Source of the DNA: Candidatus Altiarchaeota archaeon
GTDB taxonomy: Archaea > Altiarchaeota > Altiarchaeia > IMC4 > SCGC-AAA252-I15
Direction of reading: 5' to 3'
Assembly: GCA_043800255.1 (NCBI GenBank)
Contig: JAZDNF010000009.1
Span: 192,001 to 256,000, forward strand
DNA length: 64,000 bases
In this document: positions 38,561 to 48,463 of the stretch, piece after piece
How the letters are laid out: each line of letters starts with the position of its first letter
Position numbering within the stretch: the stretch's first letter is position 1
The notes under the pieces: generated by a model
The model's input: the letters and a program-made list of their open reading frames with translations, nothing else
Told to the model about the DNA's origin: nothing
Database searches by the model: none
Position numbers and translations under genes: made by a program

Positions 38561-39298
38561 ATGGCAAGGGACGCGTTAAAGGTGAGGCCCAGAGCAGCCG
38601 CCCAGGTTAAGGAGGATATGAACCCAGGAGCCAGGCTGAGCAGCATAGCGCCGCTCAAAGTCGGCGAAATCCCCAGGATAGAGGAGGACAGGAGGATGAC
38701 GCTGCTGCATGAGGCAGCTCTCCTGGAGAACCAGCTGAGGGATGAACTGGATAGGACGGGGATGAGACCTGATGAGAAGATAAAACTGCTGGAGGGGATG
38801 ACAGAGCTCACCCTCAGGAAAGCGGGAGTAGACCTCAAACAGGGCCAGCCTAACGACGAGAAGACCATCAGCCAGATAAGGGAGGACGTCTTCCAGAACG
38901 CTGCTGAAGTCTACAGGTCAGCCGATGAACTGTACAGTCCAGTGCTTGAGCGCATCAGGGAGATGGATGAGCTAACCGCAGAAAACATTTCCAGGATATT
39001 ATACACTGAACGCCTGAGAAGGCATGAGATGATCGAGGAAAAGAAGGCTGATGATAAGGCAGGCGGCGAAAGAATCAGGGAGGCAAGAGACGACACCATA
39101 GCTGATGAGATGATAGACTCAACCTTGAACATAGTCTCAGAAGGCCTTGATGGATTGAATCCTGAAGCGAGGGATTTCGCAAGAAGGGAAACGAATAAGA
39201 GGGTGAAGGAGTCACGGCAGAAGGGTGACAGGGTAACGCCTGAGACCATCTACGGCCTCTGGAGAACGATAGCAGCTGAGGCGAAAAAGGCTGCCTGA
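38561..39298 (+). CDS. charged helical hypothetical protein
   Basis: ATG after a TTATTATA box; host-like codon use; ends 5 nt before the SLT gene. Confidence 0.7.
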   Translation: MARDALKVRPRAAAQVKEDMNPGARLSSIAPLKVGEIPRIEEDRRMTLLHEAALLENQLRDELDRTGMRPDEKIKLLEGMTELTLRKAGVDLKQGQPNDEKTISQIREDVFQNAAEVYRSADELYSPVLERIREMDELTAENISRILYTERLRRHEMIEEKKADDKAGGERIREARDDTIADEMIDSTLNIVSEGLDGLNPEARDFARRETNKRVKESRQKGDRVTPETIYGLWRTIAAEAKKAA

Positions 39299-39303
39299 AC
39301 GAG

Positions 39304-40776
39304 ATGAACATACTGAAGAGAGCGCCCAAGGCTGACGTTGAACCGCTGGAAGACGTCAAAGCCCCGAACGGCCTCAGATTGCCCGAGCTTCTGCGCAGAA
39401 GGCTGAAAGAGCTTGAAGACGAACCTGGAGAGGGGGACACGCTCCTCGATATCGTATCACAGTCCAAAAGGGAGGGTGAGATTAACAGCAGGCGCGACCT
39501 GCTGAAAAAAGAATTCAGAGGCCTGGGCCTCAGCGAGAGAGAAGCATTCGACCTGTCGATAACATCGCTGAAAATCAGCCTGCTGATGGAGAGGCTAGGA
39601 TTAAGGCGTCTCGATTTCATGAAGCTGACAAAGGAGGAGCTCGACATTTTGGAGAAGAATCCGGGCCAGGGGGATAGACTGCTGAAAGACGCTCTGAAGT
39701 CCGATAGAAAAGCCGAAGTGTCAGGCAGGCGGGAGAGGATAGAACACAATCTCATGTCGCTGGGTTTCAGCCCCAGGGAAGCACCAACCCTGGCTGAGAG
39801 GAACGTCAAGATAAGCCTCATAATGGAAAAGAATCTGGGAGAACTGGAGAAGGCATCAGGCAGGGACGGGGAGGAGATGCTCGACAAGCTGCCGAAGAGC
39901 TCGGTTAATCGCATGGAGGAACGCAGGGACGGGATAAAGGCGTCACTGTCCCTTCTGGGATTTGACAGGCAGACCATCATGGACCTGTCGTTCACCACCA
40001 TGAAGACCGAACTGCTCACAGAGTACATGGAACTGAAACACGAGCAGAGGAGGAAGCTGCTGGGTTACGCCGCAACAGGAGCTGTCGCAGGCGTTGGGGC
40101 CCTCCTCTTTTCGAAGTATATGCGAGAGGAAGAATCAGAGCCTGCTAAACCGACTAAGATGGAAGCCAAGGAAACGTCTGAGCCAAAGGTCAAACCTTAC
40201 TGGGGCCAGACCAAGTACACTGAAGAGGAAGTTTGGAGCGGCTTCGAAAAAGAGCGGGAATTCATCGAAACATTCTGCAGGAAGAATCAAGTCAACCCGG
40301 TCTCGCTGATGAAATACGCTAAGGATTTTAAAGTTGACCCGCTCCTGGTGCTGGCGACTATGAGAACGGAATCGAACTTCAAACCTGATGCGATATCAAA
40401 GGCGGGGGCCAGGGGTATCATGCAGGTCATGGACGCTACAGCAAAGGAGTGGTGGACGAAACACGGCTACAATGTCGAAGAACTTGACCCGCACAATCAG
40501 GACCACTGCATGCGCATCGGCGCCGGAACACTGAGCTGGGCTCTCCAGGACATAAGATGGATAGAAGAGCTGCCTGACGAGCGCGAGAGACTGAGGTTTG
40601 CGCTTGCAGTGTACAACGCAGGCTATGGTAACGTCAGAGAGGCCGTCAATAATGCGGGAGGCAGAGTAGATTATGCTGCTGCACATAGGTACTTCCCAAA
40701 GCAGGAGACAAAAGACTACGTCCCAAAGGTGCTTGGATTCTACGACAGATACAGAAGAGAGGCTGGAATGGCTTAG
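39304..40776 (+). CDS. membrane-anchored lytic transglycosylase (SLT domain) with N-terminal helical repeats
   Basis: RTESNF (catalytic Glu), SKAGARGIMQVM, ALAVYNAGYG and ETKDYV; TM segment around residues 253-270. Confidence 0.9.
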   Translation: MNILKRAPKADVEPLEDVKAPNGLRLPELLRRRLKELEDEPGEGDTLLDIVSQSKREGEINSRRDLLKKEFRGLGLSEREAFDLSITSLKISLLMERLGLRRLDFMKLTKEELDILEKNPGQGDRLLKDALKSDRKAEVSGRRERIEHNLMSLGFSPREAPTLAERNVKISLIMEKNLGELEKASGRDGEEMLDKLPKSSVNRMEERRDGIKASLSLLGFDRQTIMDLSFTTMKTELLTEYMELKHEQRRKLLGYAATGAVAGVGALLFSKYMREEESEPAKPTKMEAKETSEPKVKPYWGQTKYTEEEVWSGFEKEREFIETFCRKNQVNPVSLMKYAKDFKVDPLLVLATMRTESNFKPDAISKAGARGIMQVMDATAKEWWTKHGYNVEELDPHNQDHCMRIGAGTLSWALQDIRWIEELPDERERLRFALAVYNAGYGNVREAVNNAGGRVDYAAAHRYFPKQETKDYVPKVLGFYDRYRREAGMA

Positions 40777-41357
40777 CGGACGTCCGCCCGCATGTTCTTC
40801 TCAAGCTTCTTCAGTTTCGCATTCCCTTTCTCGAACTTGCTGTTTGCGGTTTTCAGAAGAAACCGTAGATAGCCTTCAGGCGCCAGCATGGAACCGTCAA
40901 CCATAACAGGCGCCTGGATTTTCTCTGTGGAACATATCTCGACCATAAACCGCCCCTCCTTCAGGCTTTGAACCCCGACCCTCTTGAAACCAGATTGCTT
41001 CCCAATCTTTAGGAGCAGACGCGCGCCATCCAACGTCCTGCAGACAACGTGGATGACAGCAGGCTCGTATATGAACCATACAACGCCTTTCTCTGACTTC
41101 AGCGCGCTCCTGACTTCTCCAACTTTCACCTTCCTGTGCCACTTCCCCAGCAGCCTGTCCTTCTCCTTAGAGCCAGCATCCTCCAACAGGGTTATCCTGC
41201 CCGCACAGCTTGAGGTGGTATAGAAGTCGTCAAGCGCGTTCACGTAATCCAGGAGGGGAATCAGAGCCTTGTCCACGTCCCCCTCGTGGAGCGCTGCCTT
41301 GTACTCTGACAGCGCATGCTCCTTCTGCATGAGAAAGCTTCTGCTATTTTTATCCAC
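40773..41357 (-). CDS. taw3: tRNA wyosine methyltransferase Taw3/TYW3
   Basis: GDVD, YTTSSCAGRI, GKWH and GFKRVG. Confidence 0.9.
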   Translation of the reverse strand: MDKNSRSFLMQKEHALSEYKAALHEGDVDKALIPLLDYVNALDDFYTTSSCAGRITLLEDAGSKEKDRLLGKWHRKVKVGEVRSALKSEKGVVWFIYEPAVIHVVCRTLDGARLLLKIGKQSGFKRVGVQSLKEGRFMVEICSTEKIQAPVMVDGSMLAPEGYLRFLLKTANSKFEKGNAKLKKLEKNMRADVR

Positions 41358-41374
41358 GATATCATATTTTGTAC

Positions 41375-42247
41375 ATGGAGGGTAAAGAGTTCGAGCGGAA
41401 AGCGTCCGTAATAATAGTCCTCACCATAGTGGCTTTCGCAGTTGGCTACTATGTCATCAACCCGGACACGAGCTACAAGCATAATGAGAGGATTGCCGGC
41501 GTGAGCGTGAAATCTAACATCCCCCTGGAAGACCTCTCAGGATGGGATGACATCGGCCTCCTGAAATCCGACGACCTCGCCATACTGGCCTGCAACTTCG
41601 AGCTCTCGGCAGTCTCTGGAACGCCCGTCTCAAGGGAGTATATTGTAAACGTCGAGAAGGGCGAGCAGGGAGTCTACGTCGAGAACAGGGCAAACGCTTA
41701 CATCAGAGGCATGAACTCTTCAGAACTCCTAGACGCATGCCACGTGTTCGCATGCCTGATAAGCAACGTCTCATGCTCTGACAAATTCCTGGACATAGAC
41801 ACCATATTCTGGAACACGAACGCCATCAACGTAATAATAGACGGCAACATCAGCGGACCGGGCACGAGAGCATACGCTGAACTCCTGGGGCCGATAGCCT
41901 TCTACCAGGCCCAGCATGCTGACATCAACAGGGATGGGATATTCCAGAATGAGGAAATCCTAGAAAACGACGTCTTCATAATCGCGTACATAAGGGAGGG
42001 CGACGTCTGCGCGATACAGCCGATGACCAACGCAATCCAGAAGGTGAACGCATCAAACGAGACTGTCGACTGCGACCTCGTCAAACCCGCGATTGTCCTG
42101 GAGGAGTCGCCAGCGAACGAGATACGAATCATAGGAGACAATACAGTATACCTGTACGGCAATGCAGAGAGACTGCACGCTGAGGCGATAATAATCGGGG
42201 ACATAATAGCGCCAGCCTGGAACCTCAGATTCCACGGGGTAGAATAG
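41375..42247 (+). CDS. membrane-anchored extracellular hypothetical protein
   Basis: N-terminal TM, paired Cys, N-glycosylation sequons. Confidence 0.7.
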   Translation: MEGKEFERKASVIIVLTIVAFAVGYYVINPDTSYKHNERIAGVSVKSNIPLEDLSGWDDIGLLKSDDLAILACNFELSAVSGTPVSREYIVNVEKGEQGVYVENRANAYIRGMNSSELLDACHVFACLISNVSCSDKFLDIDTIFWNTNAINVIIDGNISGPGTRAYAELLGPIAFYQAQHADINRDGIFQNEEILENDVFIIAYIREGDVCAIQPMTNAIQKVNASNETVDCDLVKPAIVLEESPANEIRIIGDNTVYLYGNAERLHAEAIIIGDIIAPAWNLRFHGVE

Positions 42248-42250
42248 AGC

Positions 42251-42445
42251 CTACTTGAATTTTTTCTTTGATGAGGGTTTCCCCTCGATACCCCAGTGCT
42301 CTCTTGGAACCTCGTTCAGGAGGACGAAAACAGCCTTCGCCGGTGCGCCGGTCGTCTTGCAGACGGCCTCAGTAACGTCCCCTATGAGAGCCTCCTTCTG
42401 CTCGAATGTGAGGCCCTCCCACAGGTCTATCTTCACTATTGGCAT
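42251..42445 (-). CDS. 4-oxalocrotonate tautomerase family
   Basis: Pro-1 (MPIVKI), EQKEALI and HWGIEG. Confidence 0.9.
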   Translation of the reverse strand: MPIVKIDLWEGLTFEQKEALIGDVTEAVCKTTGAPAKAVFVLLNEVPREHWGIEGKPSSKKKFK

Positions 42446-42489
42446 GAAAGTTCACCTGTTATTTTATTCCGCCGCCATAGTTAAATAGG

Positions 42490-43458
42490 ATGGGAGTAAA
42501 TCTCAGGGACATAATACCCCAGAGGAGCCTCGAGTTCGAAGAGCTTAGGGGGAAGGTCATCGCAGTAGACGCATTGAACAGCCTCTACCAGTTTCTGGCG
42601 TCCATACGGCAGGCTGACGGCACGCCGCTAATGGACTCAAACGGGAATGTGACTTCCCACCTGTCAGGCCTCTTCTACAGGACAGGCAGGCTGCTCAAGC
42701 TCGGGATCAAACCGATTTACGTCTTCGACGGGAAGCCGCCTTCCATAAAGAGGGGGGAAATAGACAGGAGAATGCAGTTGAAGAGGGAGGCTCAGATGGA
42801 GTGGGAGAGGGCCAAGGTCGAGGGTAGGATCGAAGACGCGAAGAAGTTCGCTAAGAGGACCTCGAAACTGACAGATGAGATGAAGGAGGACTCGAAGAAG
42901 CTTCTGGGATGCATGGGAGTCCCCTACGTTCAGGCGCCCTCCGAGGGGGAGGCGCAATGCGCTCACATGGTCACACGGGGAGATGCCTGGGGTGTCGGCA
43001 GCCAGGACTATGATTCCATACTCTTGGGCGCTCCGAAGCTGGTGAAGGGCCTGACCCTGAGCGGGACCCTGGAGCTTTCCCTCATCGAGCTGGAGGATGC
43101 GCTGAAGCAGAACGGGATAACGAGGGAACAGCTTATAGACGTCGCGATACTCGTGGGGACGGACTTCAACGACGGCGTCAGGGGCATCGGCCCCAAGAAG
43201 GGCCTCAAGATGGTGAAAGAGGGCAGGTTGGGGGAACTCGACCTTGACTTTGACATCGACGTCGTCAGAAAAATCTTCCTCAATCCTGATATTTCAGACG
43301 ACTACAGTATAGAGTGGAACAGCGTTGACGTCGACGGACTTGTGAGGATACTGTCCGAGAAGCATGACTTCTCCGAGGAGAGGGTCAGAAAAACCGCGAA
43401 TGAGATGACAGAATCGAGAAAGGAGATGTCCCAGCAAAACCTTGACAAATGGTTCTAA
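42490..43458 (+). CDS. fen: flap endonuclease 1
   Basis: YQFLASIRQ, VFDG, EGEAQ, SQDYD, GTDFN and C-terminal PIP box QQNLDKWF. Confidence 0.97.
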   Translation: MGVNLRDIIPQRSLEFEELRGKVIAVDALNSLYQFLASIRQADGTPLMDSNGNVTSHLSGLFYRTGRLLKLGIKPIYVFDGKPPSIKRGEIDRRMQLKREAQMEWERAKVEGRIEDAKKFAKRTSKLTDEMKEDSKKLLGCMGVPYVQAPSEGEAQCAHMVTRGDAWGVGSQDYDSILLGAPKLVKGLTLSGTLELSLIELEDALKQNGITREQLIDVAILVGTDFNDGVRGIGPKKGLKMVKEGRLGELDLDFDIDVVRKIFLNPDISDDYSIEWNSVDVDGLVRILSEKHDFSEERVRKTANEMTESRKEMSQQNLDKWF

Positions 43459-44216
43459 TCCTTAGGCAGAACCGTTACGTTGACGCTCTCGTTGCCTAAG
43501 CTGTCTCTGATGCTCTTCTCCAGGCTCTTCCGCCTGCTCTCGGCCATGTCAACGTCCTTGTAACACTGATTTCTGACGTCGGAGTCGGAGATGAGATTGC
43601 ACACTTGCGGGTCAAACTTCTTGGGTGCAACGACCAGATAGCATTGGTCTATCACGCGGGTGGAGTTTATCTTCCCGCAGTCGAGGACCTTCTGGTAGCA
43701 CCAGTCCCTGCCGTTCTGGTTCTCTATCAGGGCGCAATAATTGGAGTCCGTGTTTATTATCGCCAGGCATCTGAACTTGGAGCTGTTGGCGTTGATGCTC
43801 TCGCATGTCTCGTTCCTCTTCTCATAGATGGCTGCCGAGAAGTAGCACTCGTCCCTCTTGACCTCCTCGGATATCCTCAGGCAGATTCTCGAGTTCTTCA
43901 GCTTCTGCGCCAGGAACTTGAAGCACTCGTCAGCCTCGTACGTGTTCTTCACCTGAGTGCACGTTGACGGGTTGTCAGTTACGAACGCGACCTCCCTGAT
44001 GCAGTTGTCCCTCCACAGGTCTACCGACACATCATCGCATACGCTCACGTTGCCGGTTTCAGAGGCATAGTCTATCAGGCACTTGTCCTTGTCAGGCTGG
44101 CCGAGGGTCTCACACGGTTTCAGCGTTGTTGTGGTCGACGCCGGCGTGCCTTCGTTGCAGCCTGCGGTCAGCACGACACCAACCATGATGATGACAAGAC
44201 ATGTGTTAAATTTCAT
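43455..44216 (-). CDS. Cys-rich repeat lipoprotein-like surface protein
   Basis: LTAGC lipobox-like motif, Thr linker, repeated C..I....RDxCY units. Confidence 0.8.
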   Translation of the reverse strand: MKFNTCLVIIMVGVVLTAGCNEGTPASTTTTLKPCETLGQPDKDKCLIDYASETGNVSVCDDVSVDLWRDNCIREVAFVTDNPSTCTQVKNTYEADECFKFLAQKLKNSRICLRISEEVKRDECYFSAAIYEKRNETCESINANSSKFRCLAIINTDSNYCALIENQNGRDWCYQKVLDCGKINSTRVIDQCYLVVAPKKFDPQVCNLISDSDVRNQCYKDVDMAESRRKSLEKSIRDSLGNESVNVTVLPKD

Positions 44217-44253
44217 CCTAAGAATATTGCAAAATCAGCATAAAAGCAAAAAA

Positions 44254-44703
44254 CTAGCCTCCCCTGCAGAAGTTCAAGGCGAACTCCCCGCAGCCCTCCC
44301 TGCCGCTTGCAACGGACGGCGCGCAGTTCGGGTCGACGCATATCCCACCAGAGTTTCGTACTAGGCCCTTCTGGCATTCTCCGCTGTTGCGGCAGGCTTC
44401 CTCGCCCAAGCCGCCGCAGACTGTCGTCGTCGGCCTCACTGACGTCGTAGTGGGGACTGACGTCATCACATACACTGTTGAAGTTGACACTATAGAAGTC
44501 GATGTCGATGTCACGCTGGTTGACGTAGTGTACGTCCTAACCTGGGATTGGGGGTCGTTCTCGGCCTTGGATGCGACATAGGCTGCGACGCTGACCGCCA
44601 CTCCAACGCTGCCCATCAGGAATACAACCAGCAGGATCAGTATCAGGGTGACATTCCCGCTCTTTTGCTCTTTCTTGGTCTTCTTTTTAGCCTGCAGGGT
44701 CAT
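44254..44703 (-). CDS. TM-anchored Thr/Ser-rich protein with Cys-rich tip
   Basis: Basic N-terminus, TM, TTSTS linker, six Cys. Confidence 0.7.
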   Translation of the reverse strand: MTLQAKKKTKKEQKSGNVTLILILLVVFLMGSVGVAVSVAAYVASKAENDPQSQVRTYTTSTSVTSTSTSIVSTSTVYVMTSVPTTTSVRPTTTVCGGLGEEACRNSGECQKGLVRNSGGICVDPNCAPSVASGREGCGEFALNFCRGG

Positions 44704-44763
44704 GACGGAGTATATTATACACTGGATTTATATAAAAAGTGGGGTGACCTGGAGGAAAGCGCC

Positions 44764-44994
44764 TTACAGCTTAAGAGCCGCTTTTATGGCTTTCTCGTCG
44801 AATCCGACGATGATCTTGCCGCCGATTTCGAAGACTGGCACGCCCATCTGGCCTGACTTTTTGACCATCTCCCTGGCCTTCTCCTGGTTGGAGCCGACGT
44901 CTATGTCCTCGAATTTGACGTTGTTCGCCTTCAGAAACTCCTTCGCCTTTTTGCACCACGGGCATGTCGGCGTCGAGTACACTTTAACGTCCAT
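44764..44994 (-). CDS. glutaredoxin-like (NrdH/YruB) protein
   Basis: YSTPTCPWC, GQMGVPV and IVGFD. Confidence 0.92.
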   Translation of the reverse strand: MDVKVYSTPTCPWCKKAKEFLKANNVKFEDIDVGSNQEKAREMVKKSGQMGVPVFEIGGKIIVGFDEKAIKAALKL

Positions 44995-45045
44995 CGTCCA
45001 ATAATACGAACACTGGTATAAAAATCGTGAAACCGAATATTGAAC

Positions 45046-46122
45046 ATGATCCTGTCGATTGCCGCTTTCCTTGCAGGCCTGATACTCCTCGTGAAAGGCA
45101 GCGACTTTCTGGTGGAGTCTGCGACGAGGATAGCGCACTATCTTGGCGTGTCTGACCTGGTCATAGGTCTGACATTGGTTGCTGTCGGAACCTCGCTGCC
45201 GGAGCTGGGCTCCTCTATCGCAGCTGTGTTGAAAGGCAACCCAGGCATAGCGACAGGCAACATTGTTGGAAGCAACATAGCTAATATTGGTCTGATCTTG
45301 GGCCTGACCGCTTCGCTCAGAGGATTGAGCATACGGCCTGAAATGTTCAAGCGCGACGGCATTATAATGGTAGGCATTACAGTATTGTTTTTGGTCTTCG
45401 CGCTTGATGGCACCATTAATACGGTGGAGGGGATGATGCTGCTCCTGATGTTTTCAGCATACACTCTCTTCCTTTTCGAGTATAAACCCAGGTTCGAGAG
45501 ATTTTATAGATTCAAGAAATATTTTGGAGAATATTTCAAATTCAAAAACCTGTCGCACCGTATGAGGATCATCGACAGAATCAGTGACAGGATCCCAGAC
45601 GACCTGATCAGGGGGGTGTTGAATCCTAGGACATACCACAGGGTTACCATGAGAGTGTTGAGGAATGTGAAGGAGGGCATCGTAAGAGAGCTTTGTATTA
45701 TGATGATAGGCAGTCTGGCGGTGTTGATTGGTGCAGATTATCTGGTAAACGGTGCTGTGGAGATTGCCAACTACTTTGGAGTTCCAGACGTGATAATTGG
45801 GCTTACAATCGTCGCGATGGGGACTTCACTCCCGGAGCTTATGGTCTCGCTGAGTTCAGTGAAGAAGGGGTATGATAACCTTCTTGTGGGTAACCTGATA
45901 GGGAGCAACATAGGGAACATGACGTTGATAGGCGGCCTGTCAGCCGTCCTCGCGGGCTTGCCTATCGACAACCTGACGATGCGTTACACGCTGCCCGCAA
46001 TGCTGGCTTTTGCCGTTGTGTGCGTAGTATTCCTGAGAAGCGGCGAGAGGGTAACGAGAGTTGAAGGTGCCCTGCTGCTGGTAGGGTATGCTGTCTTTAT
46101 GGGTTCTGTTTTGTCTGCGTGA
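45046..46122 (+). CDS. Ca2+/Na+ antiporter (CaCA, YrbG-like)
   Basis: Two GTSLPE alpha-repeats, each followed by GN..GSNI. Confidence 0.93.
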   Translation: MILSIAAFLAGLILLVKGSDFLVESATRIAHYLGVSDLVIGLTLVAVGTSLPELGSSIAAVLKGNPGIATGNIVGSNIANIGLILGLTASLRGLSIRPEMFKRDGIIMVGITVLFLVFALDGTINTVEGMMLLLMFSAYTLFLFEYKPRFERFYRFKKYFGEYFKFKNLSHRMRIIDRISDRIPDDLIRGVLNPRTYHRVTMRVLRNVKEGIVRELCIMMIGSLAVLIGADYLVNGAVEIANYFGVPDVIIGLTIVAMGTSLPELMVSLSSVKKGYDNLLVGNLIGSNIGNMTLIGGLSAVLAGLPIDNLTMRYTLPAMLAFAVVCVVFLRSGERVTRVEGALLLVGYAVFMGSVLSA

Positions 46123-47362
46123 ACCTGTGGATTATGAGGCCTGAGAGCGCCTTGGGATAGAAGTAGGTTGACTTCTGGGGCATCCTCTCCCCTTTGTCAG
46201 CGACCTTCCTGATTTCGTTCATCTTTGTCGGCCTCAAAAAGAAGGCGACCTCGTAATCGCCTCCATCAACGTGCTTGAATGCCTTCCGTGTGTCCTTCGC
46301 GAACGCTATCCTCCTCTCGCTCTCGCTGTCAGACCGTATCCCGAACGCCTTGTCGATGATCAGCCGGTTGAATACTGTGACATCAAGCTGGTTCCACTCC
46401 TCTGATCTGTCCTTGACGAACGCCTTCTTCAGCGGTTCTGGTTTAGGCTTTAGTATGCTGTAGCCTTTATCGTGGTACATGCCGTAGACGTTATCAGCCT
46501 TCTCGTTCTCCAGCCGCTGGAAGAACTTGCCGGCATCGCATGCTTCCATCGTAAAATACGTGGACAGTTTCTGCATCTGCTCCTCGGTCACTTCCCGTAT
46601 CACCCTGTGCGCAGGCAGCACAGTAAGGTCGTCGTCCATGTTCAGGAGGAGCATCATGATATAGCCATCTGAGCTCTCAGGATGCCTTTCATAGTATCTG
46701 AGCGCTGTGGTGTACCTGTGGTGGCCGTCTGCGATGTATATTCTCTTGTCTTTGAGAAAGTCTTTGAGCCTTTTGATCCTGGCATCATCATCCACCTTCC
46801 AGAGGGTGTGTTCGACGCCGTCGCCGTCCTTCACCTTAATGAAAGGCTCTCCCACACTCTCCTGCAGCATCCTCTTTGTCTTGAGTTCTGGGTCGGAGTA
46901 GGCTGACATTATGGGGCTCGTGTCAGCATGGCACGCTTTTATCAGATTGTACCTGTCTTCCATCTGCTTGGGCAGCGTCTTCTCGTGGGGGAGCACTATC
47001 TTCTTCTCGAACGGCTCCAGCTTCACAAGCGCTATGAAGCCGAGGTTGCTCTTCCTTTTGCCGTTGGCTAGAGCGTATTCCATCTCGTAGGCGTAGAATG
47101 ACCGCTTGTCATCCTCCATCAGTATTGCGTCAGCAATCAGCTTTCTCATGAAGTCGGCTGCCCTGGTGTACCTGTTGTCTTTGCCGCTGTCGCCTTTGAG
47201 GACCTTTCCCAGTATCAGGCGGATGACGTTGTATTCCGAACTCCGGTAGTATTCTTCCTGGCCTTCGGGAGATATGACGTCATGTGGCGGCGCAATGACC
47301 TTCTCCAGTTCGACCTTCTCTGGGTTGTAGTACCATCCTTTGAATGGTTTCACGTCAGCCAT
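46097..47362 (-). CDS. DUF1015-family protein
   Basis: APPHDVI, PHEKT, IADGHHRY and MPQKSTYFYPK. Confidence 0.88.
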   Translation of the reverse strand: MADVKPFKGWYYNPEKVELEKVIAPPHDVISPEGQEEYYRSSEYNVIRLILGKVLKGDSGKDNRYTRAADFMRKLIADAILMEDDKRSFYAYEMEYALANGKRKSNLGFIALVKLEPFEKKIVLPHEKTLPKQMEDRYNLIKACHADTSPIMSAYSDPELKTKRMLQESVGEPFIKVKDGDGVEHTLWKVDDDARIKRLKDFLKDKRIYIADGHHRYTTALRYYERHPESSDGYIMMLLLNMDDDLTVLPAHRVIREVTEEQMQKLSTYFTMEACDAGKFFQRLENEKADNVYGMYHDKGYSILKPKPEPLKKAFVKDRSEEWNQLDVTVFNRLIIDKAFGIRSDSESERRIAFAKDTRKAFKHVDGGDYEVAFFLRPTKMNEIRKVADKGERMPQKSTYFYPKALSGLIIHRFTQTKQNP

Positions 47363-47407
47363 GAAGTTAAAAACATAGAACAACAGAATAAATACTATAC
47401 CAGAAAG

Positions 47408-47884
47408 ATGAGGGATGTCAGGGTTTTCAAAGTGGGGGAGAAGAACTCCCTGTGCAGCTGGCACAGGATACGGAATCCGCTGAGGGTGACCTTCAACTTT
47501 ATCGTCATATCCATTGCCCGGATACTGCCCAGCCTGACGCTCAAGAGGACGCTCCTAAGGCTTACGGGCATGAGAATAGGAAAGGACGTCTCAATCGGCC
47601 TTTACGCGATGTTCGACATATTCTTCCCGGAGTTGATAACCTTGGGCGACAACAGCGTGCTGGGTTACAATTGCACCATATTATGCCATGAGTTCCTCGT
47701 CGATGAGTACCGTATCGGAGAGGTCGTCATCGGCAGGAACGTGATGGTCGGCGCCAACACCACAGTCCTGCCTGGAGTAACCGTCGGAGACGGCGCAGTA
47801 GTATCGGCCTGCTCCCTCGTCAACAAGGACGTCGAAGCAGGCGACTCTGTAGGAGGAGTTCCTATCCAGATGATAAGGAGATGA
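47408..47884 (+). CDS. hexapeptide-repeat acyltransferase
   Basis: ILCHEF, VIGRNVMVGAN and VGGVP. Confidence 0.85.
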   Translation: MRDVRVFKVGEKNSLCSWHRIRNPLRVTFNFIVISIARILPSLTLKRTLLRLTGMRIGKDVSIGLYAMFDIFFPELITLGDNSVLGYNCTILCHEFLVDEYRIGEVVIGRNVMVGANTTVLPGVTVGDGAVVSACSLVNKDVEAGDSVGGVPIQMIRR

Positions 47885-48462
47885 TAAAATTCAACAAGAC
47901 CCTGTTCTGGCTGATTGTGTGCGCTAACCTTGGGGGCGCCCTCTTCGGGTTCACAGCCTACTATGGGGGCCAGCTTAAGGACACACCAACGTTGCTACGA
48001 ATTTTCGTTCCAGACTGCCCTTTCTACGCCCTCCTCTTCGGCATATGCTTGGGACTGCTCCACTTCCGCGTGAAGAACGACCTGCTCTACTATCTCATAT
48101 CAGTTGGCGCAGTAAAGTACGGCTTCTGGACCGTCTTCGTGCTCATCAGGTATTCCGACTTCTACTTTCAACCTGGTCTGAAGCTCATGTACGCCCTGAT
48201 ATTCTTGGGGCACATCGGCTTGTTCCTGGAGCCGGTAATGCTCTTAGGGAGGGTCAAAGTGGGGTGGCATTTCATATTCCCAGCCCTGCTCTGGTATCTG
48301 CTGAACGATTATGTCGACTATGTTTTTGGAACCTATCCGCCGCTTCCGTCAGACAGCCTCGCGTTCATGTTTCCCGCGTCAGCGCTCATGTCAGTTTTCT
48401 TCTCGCTTGCAGTCTACATAATCTACGGCAGATTCAGGGAGAAGGCTGTCAGCTGGGATTGA
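47881..48462 (+). CDS. DUF1405-like membrane protein
   Basis: VPDCP, VKYGFWT and NDYVDY; multiple TMs. Confidence 0.8.
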   Translation: MIKFNKTLFWLIVCANLGGALFGFTAYYGGQLKDTPTLLRIFVPDCPFYALLFGICLGLLHFRVKNDLLYYLISVGAVKYGFWTVFVLIRYSDFYFQPGLKLMYALIFLGHIGLFLEPVMLLGRVKVGWHFIFPALLWYLLNDYVDYVFGTYPPLPSDSLAFMFPASALMSVFFSLAVYIIYGRFREKAVSWD

Positions 48463-48463
48463 C

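Noticed and set aside
39075-40028. Long antisense ORFs (also 57122-58033, 37129-37890, 19744-20346, 32617-33291)
   Set aside because: Ser/Leu/Phe-rich shadows of well-supported genes on the opposite strand
38561-40776. Prophage tail/lysis module around the SLT gene
   Set aside because: No capsid, terminase, tail or holin genes; flanked by rtcB and taw3
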